The position numbers and the translations under genes are program-made. Positions 11,200-22,749 of a DNA stretch of 64,000 nucleotides are shown here, piece after piece. Source of the stretch: Camelus dromedarius (lineage: Eukaryota); NCBI RefSeq assembly GCF_036321535.1, contig NC_087464.1, positions 22,630,001 through 22,694,000 on the forward strand, read 5' to 3'. Numbering within the stretch: position 1 is the stretch's first letter; each line of letters begins with the position of its first letter. The notes under the pieces are model-generated. The model made no database searches. It was not told the origin of the DNA and saw only the letters and a program-made list of their open reading frames with translations.

Positions 11200-11480
11200 A
11201 GAAGGTTCCAAAGGGAGCCGAGGCGGCTGTGAGGTAAGTCGGGGCGCGGGGGCGGCAGGCGAGAGAACGAGACAGATCTCTCAGGCTCAGGCTCCGGCGC
11301 TGTGATATTTTCCCCGGGTTATATTTTTAGATGGACTACTTTCTCTCCCCTCCCCCTGCCTCAGTAGGAGGAAGAACACAGAAATAGCTGGGTGTGCATG
11401 TCTCAGCAGCTATATATAGTGGGCACAAAACCCTCACCCAGGGCTTCTCCCACTCACTGCCCCCCGAGCAGCTGAGATGG
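11200..11480. promoter_or_regulatory. CpG-rich patch with perfect plus-strand splice donor and MEF2 consensus
   Basis: About 11 CpGs in 11215-11320; GAG|GTAAGT (GT at 11234); CTATATATAG at 11410-11419 matches YTA(W)4TAR. Confidence 0.5.
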
Positions 11481-11699
11481 GGCAGGGGGCCCTCCTCTTC
11501 CCCAGCAGCCACAGGGTCTGCTCGGCTGCCCCGGCTCCCTCCAGGCATGCCCCTCACCTGGCACACACGTGTGCACACACACGCACAGCCAGACACACAT
11601 TGCCAGTGACTGCCAGCTCTGACCCAAGTCTCCGGGGACATTGGAGAGGGCCAGGAGCAACCAGGAGGCCTTTCCCAGAGAGCGTGGGTGCGGTGAGGT

Positions 11700-11890
11700 G
11701 GAGAAAGGGATGACGTCCAGGGACCTAATGGTAATTCTCTCGGCCTCAGTCTGCTGGTCTATAAACTGTGTGGCCAAGGTCCTTTCTTGGACTTGTCAAA
11801 ACTTGAAATCAACGAATACTCTGACAGCAGAAGAAGTCAAATACTTTCGCCCAAATGCATCTGCCTGAATCATCATTGTTCAGATGGGGA
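11700..11890. promoter_or_regulatory. Candidate CNE-like island
   Basis: TGACGTC, TAATGGTAATT, CAAGGTC and CATTGTT (SOX-type) in non-repeat sequence. Confidence 0.3.
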
Positions 11891-12659
11891 ACTAAGAGCT
11901 GAAGGTCACCAGCAAGCCAGTGGCAGAGCCACTCGCTAGCTTCCAGCTCACCTCTCTGAGCTCTGTTCCGTCACTGGTAAAGTGGAGATAAGGTCCGTAC
12001 CACTTCACGGGCGACTGTGAGGAGCAGATGGAGTGAGGCACTTGAAGCCACCATTTCATAATATGGAAGAGGGCCACGTGCTCCCAAGGGCAGGAAGTAC
12101 CTCAAAGTTTCCTTTGGCCAGAGCCCCAACTGGGCAAGGGCTCCAGCCTCACGGCCAGGGGCTGGTCCATTTCCACCCAACATCCCACCCTGGCAGGTCT
12201 CCATGAAGTGCACACCCAGCCCATGGCAGGTGCTTCCCAGGTGGCAGGTGGACCCTCTCGCCACCTACCCTGAGAGAGCCGGAGGTGGAGTCCTGGCCAT
12301 CTCCTCGTCCTGCCACTGGTCATATAAGCTTTGGTGGAAGATCAGGGTGAAAGGATTTACCCCCTCCAGATGGTGGGGCTCCCTCCTGGATATCAGAAGC
12401 TGGTTTGGGTGTACCCAGTCCAGATACAGATCTAAATGAGCTTAGCTGATTTCCTGCCCCAGGACCTGAGTAGACAAGGAGCCCTGGGTGGGGAATTCAG
12501 AGACTGGAGTCTGAGTCCTGGATCAGACATATGAGCTTGCAGGTATCAGTTTCCCCTCCCATACAGTGCAGGGAGTGGACATATGGTCTCTGGGAAACTT
12601 CAGGCTCACAATCCACCCTGATCACAGCTGACTCCCCACAGAGAGACATACAGCCATCA

Positions 12660-12800
12660 TCTTGTTGAACCCTCAAAGCTCCTCCATGGGAAGGAAACAA
12701 TGGTCATTTTACAAATGTTGAAACAGCAGCTCAGGAGGGGGAAAGTCCTGTCTGGGTCACACAGAAACCTAGAGGCAGAGTTGTCAAACCCTTGGCTCCA
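12660..12800 (-). mobile_element. MIR SINE fragment
   Basis: cattttacaaatgttgaaacagcagctcaggagggg...gggtcacacagaaacctagaggcagag. Confidence 0.65.
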
Positions 12801-13601
12801 TGGGCAGCCCTGTCATAGGGGGAGCCTGCATCTGCCAGGCCTGGGGAAGCCAGGACATCTGAGACATCTGAACCACCGGCTTGCAAAATTCCTGAACACG
12901 TGCCTATGGGTACACCTTGTTAGACAGTGTGCGAGCCGACTCCAGCACGGCACTGCCGCAGTGTGTGTGGGAGCAGTCCTCCTGTCCTCTTCCTGCGCGC
13001 GTCCCCTGGCCATTGAGTTTTGTGCTCCCGTTCAGAACTTCATTTTTCTAGCTCTACAATTCCATTTGGTTTGGAGGGTTTTAGCCCAGAGCTACCATCA
13101 GCTGAGGACCCGAGGCGAGAACCACCTTTCACGAGCAAATGTGGGACTCTGTGCCTTCATCTAAGTCACCGGAAGATTGGGGCAGATGAGGCCAGAGCCC
13201 TAAAGTGGCCCTGCTGGGGACCTTCCTCCCACAGACCAATGTCCAGTTTTGACTCTTTGGGCCTGTTGATCCTGCCCAAGTCCTCCTGAGTGCACTGACA
13301 CTGGGCACCCATATCTGTCCCATCACAGAGCCCCTGAATCCACCCAGAGGCCCCAGCAGCCCTGGAGTTGGGTGGGGAAGAAGCCTACATCCCTGCAGTG
13401 GTTCACATCGCCCCACTTGGGACAGAGGCACCTGCCCTGTCTAACCGGGCCTGTGTGCAGCAGTGTCCAAAGAGGGGAGGGCCTGGGCAACAGCCATCCC
13501 CCAGGAGGGAAAGGTGTGGGTCCCTTTCTCAGTGAATCTGGATACATAGATACTGCACAGGAAAGAATAAGCTTGCAGTTGCTGCAGCCTATGTTCAGTT
13601 T

Positions 13602-14030
13602 CTGGACATCCACGTGCAAAAAAAAAAAAAGAAAGTGAAGTTGGACCCTTATTGTACAACACATACAAAAATTAACTCAAAGTGGATTAAAGATTTAAAT
13701 GAGACCTAGAACTATAAAATTCCTAGAGGGAAAATCTTCATGACAATGGACCCAGCAATGGTTTCTTCGCTATGACATCAAATGCACAGGCAACAAAAGC
13801 AAAAATAGACCAGTGGACATACATCAAACTTTAANNNNNNNNNNNNNNNNNNNNNNNNNNNNNNNNNNNNNNNNNNNNNNNNNNNNNNNNNNNNNNNNNN
13901 NNNNNNNNNNNNNNNNNNNNNNNNNNNNNNNNNNNNNNNNNNNNNNNNNNNNNNNNNNNNNNNNNTAATCTGAACAAAAAGTGGGCAAAGGACTTGAATA
14001 GACTTTTCTCCAAAAAAGATATACAAATGG
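13602..14030 (+). mobile_element. L1 (L1MA/L1MB-type) ORF2 3' region fragment containing a 131-N gap (13835-13965)
   Basis: ctggacatccacgtgcaaa...gaagttggacccttat...caaaaattaactcaaagtggattaaagat...tgggcaaaggacttgaatagacttttctccaaaaaagatatacaaatgg; gap length roughly fits the missing L1 segment. Confidence 0.9.
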
Positions 14031-14549
14031 GGGAAATGAGGAGGTCCCTCAAACTGGACCACCAGGTCAGGGCTATGCCTCCTCCCTCAGGCTGGGCCCC
14101 CTTCCCAACCACCCCTGGCTGCCCCGTCACCACCTCCAGTCCAGTCAGGCCTAGTGGTGACAAATTCTGCCCCAGTGCTGGCATTTCAGGCAGCTGCCTC
14201 TCCCACCACCAGGCAATGTGACTAATATTCAGTCTGCCAGGAGCCCGCTCATCATGGCCACGTCACATCCCCAACAGCCCGGGGCAGGTGGGCCACATCA
14301 GGGCCTGCCTGAGTCCTGGCCCGTAGACCTTGCCCATTTCCCAGCCAGGCCAGAGACCAAAGCCTCGCTGAGGGCTGGGGCCTGAGTGATGGCCACACCT
14401 GGAACAGGGCCTTCTGTAGCCCTCACCACCTCACCCCTGCCCCCTCCTCCCAGCCTCCAAGGACAGGTCCCCAGGGGCAGCTCCCGGGCATCAGATGGAG
14501 CTAATGGGAACGTCCAGCCCCTCCCAGCTATGTGGCCTCACAGCCCTCG

Positions 14550-14885
14550 TCCTCTCTCAGCCCCTGTTTCTTCATATGTAATATGGGTGTCACATTACTC
14601 CCTCACCAGCCCTCAGGAGATGCCAAGGAGACAGCATGTGCCAAGTGCTTGGAATATAATGGAAGCGTAATAAATAGTGGGCCCCTTCCCTTTCTCTTGA
14701 AACCAGGCTGCCTGAGCTCAAATCCCCACTTGGCCACTTACGGGTTGTGTAACTCCAGGCAAGTTACTTAACCTCTCTGTTTCAGTTTCTTCTTCTGTGA
14801 AACAGCCACACGGGTTGTGGTGAGGATTAAACAAATAAAGATCTGTAAGTGCCTCGAACAGCACCTGGCACACAGCAGGCAACAC
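14550..14885 (+). mobile_element. Two tandem MIR SINEs
   Basis: cctgtttcttcatatgtaatatggg...tgccaagtgcttgg, then ctcaaatccccacttggccacttac...ggcaagttacttaacctctctgtttcagtttcttcttctgtgaaa...gttgtggtgaggattaaa. Confidence 0.8.
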
Positions 14886-15459
14886 GGCGGCACCAGCAAC
14901 ACCTGCTGTTGCTGTGCTCTTGCTGTCCTGTTTCCCAGGGCTGCTCTGAGGTCTGGACTTGGCCGAGTATATGCAACATTTTGCAAACTGGAGAACCCAT
15001 CCCCTGAGACTGCTGAATGTCCCTTTTCTCTCTCCTCCTTCCCTACAGGTTTTTATGGCACCTTCATTCCCTCAAGAGCCCGGGCGGCCCTGGGAAGGAG
15101 GCGGGGAAGACTCCATCCTGCCTTTGAGCAGCTCAGGGGCTAGTGGGGGGTGAGGTTGGAACACCCAGGCCAGCAGGTGCCTGCAGAGTTGGGCTGTGGG
15201 AGGGAGTGTAGGGGAGCCCCATGGGCTGAGCTAGATCAGGGCGGAGAGCCAGGCGTCCAGGCACAGGGAACTGTAGCCAGTGCTCAGGCAGTGGGGAGAC
15301 ACTGAGAGGTCTTGAGGAGAGGAGCAGAGTGGGCAGAGCCGGCCTCAGCGGGAGAGGCTGAGGCAGGCTCCAGCCCTGTCCCTCTTTACTCTGGCCTCTA
15401 GTTGCACACAGGAGCTGGGAGGGCCCTGCTCTTATCCTAGAACATTCCACAGCCCTGCT

Positions 15460-15720
15460 AATAACAATATTGACAAGTGTGACTGGAATTTATTGAGTGC
15501 ATACTATGTGAAAGGCCTCACTCCTGGCACGTCCATAACCACTCCAGCTGATCCTCCAACAGCCTCTCAGGCGGGTTCTACTATTGTGCTCCCTTCTCTG
15601 CATGAGAAAACTGAGGAACAGAGAGCTTACGTAACATGTTGAAAGTCACACAGCTGGTAAATACTAGAGCTGGGATTCATATCAGGCTGTCCAATGCCAC
15701 AGCCCAGGCTCTTAACAATT
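15460..15720 (-). mobile_element. MIR SINE, essentially full length
   Basis: atttattgagtgcatactatgtg...atgagaaaactgaggaacagagagcttacgtaacatgttgaaagtcacacagctggtaaatactagagctgggattc...ggctcttaac. Confidence 0.9.
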
Positions 15721-16794
15721 ACTTATACCTCCATGAGTGGTAAAAAGGACATCTGACTGGGTGGGGCGTAGGGGGCTCAATATGACATCCCTGAGACAGA
15801 GAGCCCAGTCCCTGCCCCCTACTCACCCAAGCAGGGCTGACCCTACCTCTCTGGCCTTCTGTGTCTGGACTGGACCAGGCTCTCCCCTCCCCTCCAGCTG
15901 CATTAATAGGCATCAGGCCTCAGGGAGAGCGTGGGGGGTGGGGGTGGGAGGAAGGATGTTCTTACTCTACAAGTAGCAGTGGGGGAGCAAGCAGGCAAAG
16001 GGGGTCACCAGACACTCTGGGGAAGCAGGGTATGGGGATAAAAGCCTGACTTTGGCATCAGAGTGTCCTGAGCCCCTTTTGAACCTCGGCTCCCACATCT
16101 ATAACATAAGAACAGTAAGAACCTGCTGGCAGGTTCAGCTGAGGTCACGTTTACCAAATGCCTCTCTCAGGTCTGGCCCATAGCAGGGCTGGGACAGGGT
16201 TCTGGCTCTTCAGGCTTAAGAGGCCCTCCTGGGACTTTCCACTGAGCAAAACCAGAGTCGCGCCCCACCAGCCCCTCCCCACCACCCAGGTCAGAACCCT
16301 GCCCCACAACTGTCCCGCTGTGTGACCTTAGGCAGGTCATTATACCCCTCTGGTCTCAATTTCCTCAGTAGCAGAATTGGGATAATAGAATTATCACTTA
16401 CCCATGCTTGGCATACAGTGTCTTAGCCCTAATTATTGGTATTATCCCAAGGCACCTTCCTGCCCACCCTAGGCTCCCCTCCTTCCTGGCAGATAGACTG
16501 GGGAGGGGGCTGGGCAGAGTTACAGGAGGCATGTGTGGGAGAACAGGCCCCCCAGGCACCGGGTTCCAATGTGGAAGCCACCCCCAGGTGCCAACACCGT
16601 AGGAGGTGGTAGAGAGCCGCCCCACTGCCCCAGTTTCCCAGAGGCTCTGGCTGAAGTGGCGGAGTGGGGAGGACACTGACACACGGTCATACATGCACAT
16701 GCACACACATCCAGGACCACACACGACCACCGCCCGGGACAGCCTAACACTAACAGCCCCATCCATTCCGGGTGCCCTGCAGGGCACAGGACAC

Positions 16795-16965
16795 ACAGGT
16801 TCAATCCCAGCTCTGCCTCTCCTGTGACTTGGGTCAACTCACCCTCCCTATATGGGCCTGTTTTTATATGGAAACAGGGCCAGTAGCATATCTCTCCTGT
16901 ATGAGGAACAAACGATGTTACGTGTGTGAAAACTGTGCCAGGTCCCTGGCAAGTGGCACATGCCA
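16795..16965 (+). mobile_element. MIR SINE
   Basis: ggttcaatcccagctctgcctctcctgtgacttgggtcaactc. Confidence 0.7.
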
Positions 16966-17449
16966 GTTCCTTCTCCCTCCCCTCTCTCCTCCCGGCCTCC
17001 TACCTCCACCTGCCAGGCCTTTCAGCCCAGCCCCAGCATTACTGCTGCTGCCTCCCTGCGCCCATTAAAGCAGCCTCCCTGTCTCCTCACAACGTGGATT
17101 TCACCCCTCTGTGCCCACCTCCACCCTGGTGGCTGAAAGCACCAATCACCAAAGCAGGGACAGGCTCCCTCCACCTCACACCCAGCAGTGCCCCGGGCAG
17201 CCCTCAGTAATTGGTACCCAGAGGAAGGCAGCAGAAAAGAAGTCAAGGCCACCTCCCCTACCACAACCACAGGGGCTGGAGTTGAGACCAAATACCACTG
17301 GCTTCAGCCTGAGCTGGCCAGCTGCCCACCCCACCCATGAGAACAAGCAGCCACCAATCCTGGCAGGAGCAACAGCTCCGTTGACGGGGCCCTCACCGCG
17401 TGCTAGGCCTCGTGCGAGGCCATGTTTAAAGGCGTCTCACGCATCATCG

Positions 17450-17625
17450 CGTCCAGCCTTCCCAACAGCCCTATGAGGAAGTGACTGTTGGGCTCATTTC
17501 ACAGATGAGGAGACTGAAGCACAGAGAGATTAGGAAACTTGCTCAATGTCACACAGCTCACAAGTGGTGACAACAATATGAACCCGGGTGGTCTGGCTCA
17601 GAACTTGAGCTCCTAACTCTACATT
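17450..17625 (-). mobile_element. MIR SINE
   Basis: caacagccctatgaggaag...catttcacagatgaggagactgaagcacagagagattaggaaacttgctcaatgtcacacagct. Confidence 0.85.
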
Positions 17626-20600
17626 TTCCTGCTAAGCCCACCCTCAGGCACTGTAGAAATGCCCAGGGGTGTGGTGGGGAGAGGGAAGAGGGCCATGGGG
17701 TCTCCCTTCCACGTTGAGCTGAGGTAAAAGGCAATAAAACGGACCAGTATTTGAAGCAGAGACACTCTGACTTCTTAAAGCTGAAAATGACATCCCCAAG
17801 AATAGGATGTCAGTTAGGACACAGGCCTGACACCCAGCCCCATCGTCCCCCTGTTTTAGAAATGAGGGCAGTCTCAGCTTGGGTTCGTGTCTCAGACCCA
17901 CACGAAACGTCAGGCCGGTGAACGCTGGCAGTGACAGTGGAGTGGGGGTGGGTGCCTGGCAAGCCCAATTCCCCAGGCTAATCCAGGTAAGACCTTTTCT
18001 CCAGGCCTCCTCGGCTCTTCTTGTCCCTTAGACAGGTGTTCACCCCTGGTAACCTCGTGTGGCTTCAAGTGAGACAGAGCCTTGGCCAAATCTGGCCACA
18101 CCCCTCGCCAGCCTTGACTGTAGATGGAGCCCGTGTCCTCATGTGACCTGTGGCTCCTCCTGCCCCCTGACAGATGCTGTTGTTGTAACTGTGGCTCCCA
18201 GATTTGCATGATGCCTCCCTGCCAGGCTCCCCATGCCCCCCGACCCATGACACACATGGGCTCTGATTCAGCACAGGTTTCTTCTATTCCAAAGATTTCA
18301 CAGGCCATCCCACGAGTCATAAATAAACATACATCAGATGCCAGTTCCAGGTGTGCTGGATGACATCCCTTCAAGCCTCTGCGGGCAGCCTTATGGATCT
18401 GAACCCGCCTCTTCCCAGCTCTATCCCTGCTGCTGAATCCTGTGTCTGGGACAAGTGCCTGGAGCTTGCTCTCGTGGAACCAGAGGGGGCTGGGGCCCAC
18501 TCGGCCACTCAAGGGATGGTGGGTGGGCTGGGGAGAGTAGCTGAGGGTAGTTACTGTGGGGTAGCTTCTAAAAGGGGCCAAACTCTATGCAGAGGGGCTG
18601 CCAGTGTGCAGGCACAGAGGAGAGGGAAGTGGGTCATGTCCAGGAGGGATGAATATGCCCCAGGGAGGGAGCCCAAGAGACCACCCAAGTGTCTCCACCT
18701 CACAGCCCTGCTGACTGTGTCCTCCTGGTCCAGACAGGCATGCCCACTGACTGGTGCAGGCTCCAGCTCCCACCCCGCAACACACACCATTCTCTCTGGA
18801 GGGCAGACCCCCAAGAGACCAAGGATGTAGCCTCCAACCATGCCCCTCCCCTTGGGAGGCCCCAAACTGGGAGGCAATGGGCAGGGCAGCGGGGAGTGAT
18901 GGGTAGACTGTGGCACCTGGAGAAAGAACCTGAACCAAATCTTCCCTGGGCCACTAGGATCCATCCCCACCTCTCAGCCTCGCCATTTCCACCTCTAGGA
19001 AGGGAAAAATCTGCTCCCTCTCATGGGTAGTTGTTAAGATTAATGAGCTAATTAAAGTGTGAAAAATGTTTCTTGTAGACTTAAAAGAGGTGATCAACCA
19101 TGGCAAATTAATAACAATTAACATCCCTCCTCCAGGCAGTCTGCCTAGATTGGGTCCAGTGGGCACGGTTTTTCCTTCCAAGAATGACCCAGGAAGGCCT
19201 TTGCAGAGCTGCTCTTCTCTGTTCCCCAGAGTCCTGCAGACTCTTCCCAATAACCAGTTCCACCCCATGCTTGGCCCCAGGCTCTGCTCACAGAACTCAG
19301 TCAATGCAGCAAAATAACTGACAAGCATTTTAACATTTACTGAACATCAACTGTGTGCCAGGTTCTGTACCAGGCCTTCTCCACACAACACAATGCCCGG
19401 AAGGATGCACTGGGAGGAGCCCCCTTTCACAGATGAAGAAATGCAGGGGAGTGTGTCATGCAGACGAGGGTGAAGGTAGAACTCCAGCTGGTTATCTCAG
19501 TTAAAACCCACCCTGTGCTGTGCAGCGAGACTAGACCAGACGAGGCCAGAGGAGACGAGGGTGGAGGACCAGGGAGGCCTGCCCTCAAGTCTCCCACTGC
19601 TTCCCACCAACTGCTGCTGCTGTGAAAGGCGTGGGGGGGATGGTGCCACCTCCCCCACTTCACACCCCTCCGCTCCCTCCTGTGTGTGGAGGCGAGGCTG
19701 ATTCAGCAGACACACTTGGGCCCCCTGACGCCAAATTAAAGCCAGAGTCCTCCTAGAAATCATCCACTCAGCAAAGCCTCCTTGGAACTGAAGTCTGAGG
19801 AGACACAGGAAGCTGGTGGGGAGGGAAAGCACCTGCCCTGAGACCTTCTGGCGCCTCGTCCAATAGTGTTCTCCAGGCCTGGGAACTGTGTCCCCCAAAT
19901 GCCTACGCACTACAGAGCACAAGAGCTCAGAAGCCTGAGCTTGACCACCCAGAGCACCCACAGCCTCAACTTACACCCTAGCCTGCCCCACACAGGCGGT
20001 CCACCTCCCCTGAGTGGCCCACAGCTCTGCTCCCTGCTCAGTCAGGGGCCTCCAGGATCCCTGAGCCTCAGTCCTGGCCGGTTCCTAGGCCAGCAGCCCC
20101 CGAACCCCAACAGCTGCCCCCAAGCACCCGTAACCCTGACCCCCTCAGACCAAGGAGCCACCCTCCTCTTTCCTTCCCAAAAGCTGATTCCCAAACTCTC
20201 TTTTTCACCCTGTGACTCAACTGCACCCCCAGGAGCATGGCTGGAGGTGGAAAAGGTGGGCTCCAGGAGATGGAAGAAAAGAAAGGATGGCAGAGAGGGT
20301 GGAGGAGAGGCCCCTGGAACCTGCCCGGCACATACGCCCCCGGCCCCGCCTTATCCACCAATCCAGGCAGTGGCTGCTTACCTCTCGGGGGGCGCGAGCA
20401 GGATCAAGGGCTCTTCAGAGGGACACCTGGAGGGAGACAGCAAAGAAGGGGTGAGACAGCAGTCAGACAGAGACCTGCAGACTCCTCACCCACCCCTCCT
20501 GCAGTCAACCCACCAAGCCTCTGCCCACAGCCTGGGACAGAGGAAACAGGAGTCTGGGCAGCCTAAGGATGCCAGACTCACTCCAAGGAGTGCAAGTGCA

Positions 20601-20919
20601 GCTGGCTGGAGACGGGCCTCCGGAGGGACAGAGTTATGGGGGTCAGGGGAAGTCCCTGCAGCAGGCCCAGAGCTCCATGTGGGCCCTGAGGGACGGGCAC
20701 ACCAAACAGAGAGCAGCTATCCCCACCTATACTGACACCTGTGGGGTTTCTGGCCCCCGGACATATAGGGCTGAACCTCAAATCCTCCTTCCTGGGGAGC
20801 ATCCAGGCCCTCTCCTGCACCTCCGACTGGGGCTTTGACCTGTCATCTCAGCTTTGTCGCTGGCTCACCCCATGACCCTGGGCTGGCCCGTTCCCCTCGC
20901 TGTGCCTTGACTTCCCCAT

Positions 20920-21097
20920 CAGTACCAGTAGATGCATCAGAGTCGCCTGGAGGGCTTACAAAAACACATCTTGATGGGCTCCACCCCCACAGTTTCTGAT
21001 TCAACAGGTCCAGGCTGGGGCCTGAGAATCGGCATTTCCAACAAGCTCCCCGGTGATGTTGCTGCTGCCGTTTGAGGTCACACTTTGAGAACTGCTA
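20920..21097 (+). mobile_element. MER5A (hAT-Charlie non-autonomous DNA transposon)
   Basis: tgcatcagagtcgcctggagggctt...ccacccccacagtttctgattcaacaggtcc...ggggcctgagaatcggcatttccaacaagctccccggtgatg...cacactttgagaac. Confidence 0.9.
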
Positions 21098-21338
21098 GTA
21101 TAGATCTGTCTGGACTGCAGCACGCATAGCCCACACTCTCAAGGATTTTATAGGCTGACTGAGGAGACCACACTCAAGTGCACACAGCCAACTCAAAGCA
21201 GCCACAGAAGGAAATGTGGCTTATAGATCTGATGGCTGTGGGCTGTGGGCCAGTGTGGTCATGGAAGGCTTCCTGGAGGGGGTGAAGACCTAATTTACCA
21301 TTTTCACAGATTGTAGCCGTATTATTATACAAGTCGTA

Positions 21339-21782
21339 CAGGCACGCTTCGTTTCATTGAGCTTCACTTTACTGCACTTCACAGAGTTTGTGGGTTTTAC
21401 AAATTGAAGGTTTGTGGCAACTCTGCATTGAATAAGTCTATTAGCACTTTTCCAACAGNNNNNNNNNNNNNNNNNNNNNNNNNNNNNNNNNNNNNNNNNN
21501 NNNNNNNNNNNNNNNNNNNNNNNNNNNNNNNNNNNNNNNNNNNNNNNNNNNNNNNNNNNNNNNNNNNNNNNNNNNNNNNNNNNNNNNNNNNNNNNNNNNN
21601 NNNNNNNNNNNNNNNNNNNNNNNNNNNNNNNNNNNNNNNNNNNNNNNNNNNNNNNNNNNNNNNNNNNNNNNNNNNNNNNNNNNNNNNNNNNNNNNNNNNN
21701 NNNNNNNNNNNNNNNNNNNNNNNNNNNNNNNNNNNNNNNNNNNNNNNNNNNNNNNNNNNNNNNNNNNNNNNNNNNATGTCTG
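21339..21782 (+). mobile_element. Tigger1-derived (TcMar-Tigger) internally deleted element, about 444 bp, centre in a 317-N gap (21459-21775)
   Basis: TA then caggcacgcttcgtttcattgagcttcactttactgcacttcacag...tacaaattgaaggtttgtggcaac matches the Tigger1 left end; atgtctg right after the gap resembles the right TIR end (ATGCCTG). Confidence 0.8.
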
Positions 21783-22064
21783 CTCATGAAAGCTTTCTCT
21801 TGTTAAGAGCTTCAAATACAGATACCTGCAGAGTAAACACACTCTTATGCCCAACCACATCTCCAAAGGTCCCAGCTCCCTCTCGATGTGAAACTTTCAC
21901 TGTGCATTTGCACACACATGCAGATAGATGCACAGGTGTTTACATCTGGACACAAACATGGGGTTACACTCCAGCGAGCACAGCCTCTGTGCTGGCGTGT
22001 AACCGCGTTCCTCACTTAGCAATGGATTTTGGAGACCTTTCCCTGTCTGCACATAAAGATAACA

Positions 22065-22235
22065 ACAATCACTGATTGTACTCACTGAGCACCTACTATG
22101 TGCTAAATACTGGGCTGAGCACTGTATGTATTAATCTATTTAATTTTTATAACAAACACCCAATGGGTGCTACTGTTAGCCTAATTTTGTAGATAAGAAA
22201 ACCAAAGTGCAGAGTAACCTGACCAAGCCTAGGGA
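22065..22235 (-). mobile_element. MIR SINE
   Basis: actgagcacctactatgtgctaaatactgggctgagcact...ttttgtagataagaaaaccaaagtgcagag. Confidence 0.8.
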
Positions 22236-22364
22236 GTGGCTGAGCCAATGAAGTGCCAGTGTCTGCTCCAAACAGAGTCCTATTATGTTTGATGCTACAT
22301 GGAGGAAGTTCCCATGGGGGCATACCCTTACCTACTGAACCAGACCTCTCAAGATGAATGCTTA

Positions 22365-22515
22365 GGGGGTTCCAATTTTTTATTTCTAACATTACCGGGA
22401 AAAAGCCTGCCTCTTGTACATACGTACAAGTATTTCTAAAGAATAGGTCAAAGGGTATATACATTCAAAATTTTGATACTCACTGCCGAATTGTCCTCTA
22501 AAAATGTCTGTGCCA
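22365..22515 (-). mobile_element. L1ME-type fragment
   Basis: gggtcaaagggtatatacattcaaaattttgatactcactgccgaattgtcctctaaaaatgtctgtgccaa. Confidence 0.7.
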
Positions 22516-22554
22516 AGGCCAGGCTGACCATTTCCCCAGGTGAATGCTTACTGA

Positions 22555-22690
22555 AAACAATTCCCATTCATGGAGCACCTATCAGGCACTAGATCCAGTA
22601 ACATCTGAGTTGTCAACTCCATTTTGCAGATGTGTAACTGAGGCTCAAAGATGTGAAGCTACTTGCCGAAGGTCACACAGCTGATAGCAT
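22555..22690 (-). mobile_element. MIR SINE fragment
   Basis: ccattttgcagatgtgtaactgaggctcaaagatgtgaagctacttgccgaaggtcacacagct. Confidence 0.8.
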
Positions 22691-22749
22691 ATCAATTTGC
22701 CTCAATATTATGAAGGAAGAAAAGGCGGAAAAGAGGGAGGGAGATTCCT

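Noticed and set aside
17406-17421. GGCCTCG-TG-CGAGGCC hairpin
   Set aside because: A 7-bp stem is expected by chance in GC-rich sequence.
17910-18581. 223-aa minus-strand ORF
   Set aside because: No domain similarity or coding-like composition that I can recognise.
19866-20735. Longest ORF (289 aa, +)
   Set aside because: Starts at GTG, is P/S/G-rich with no recognisable domain or exon-like splice context; ORFs of this length are plausible by chance in GC-rich DNA.
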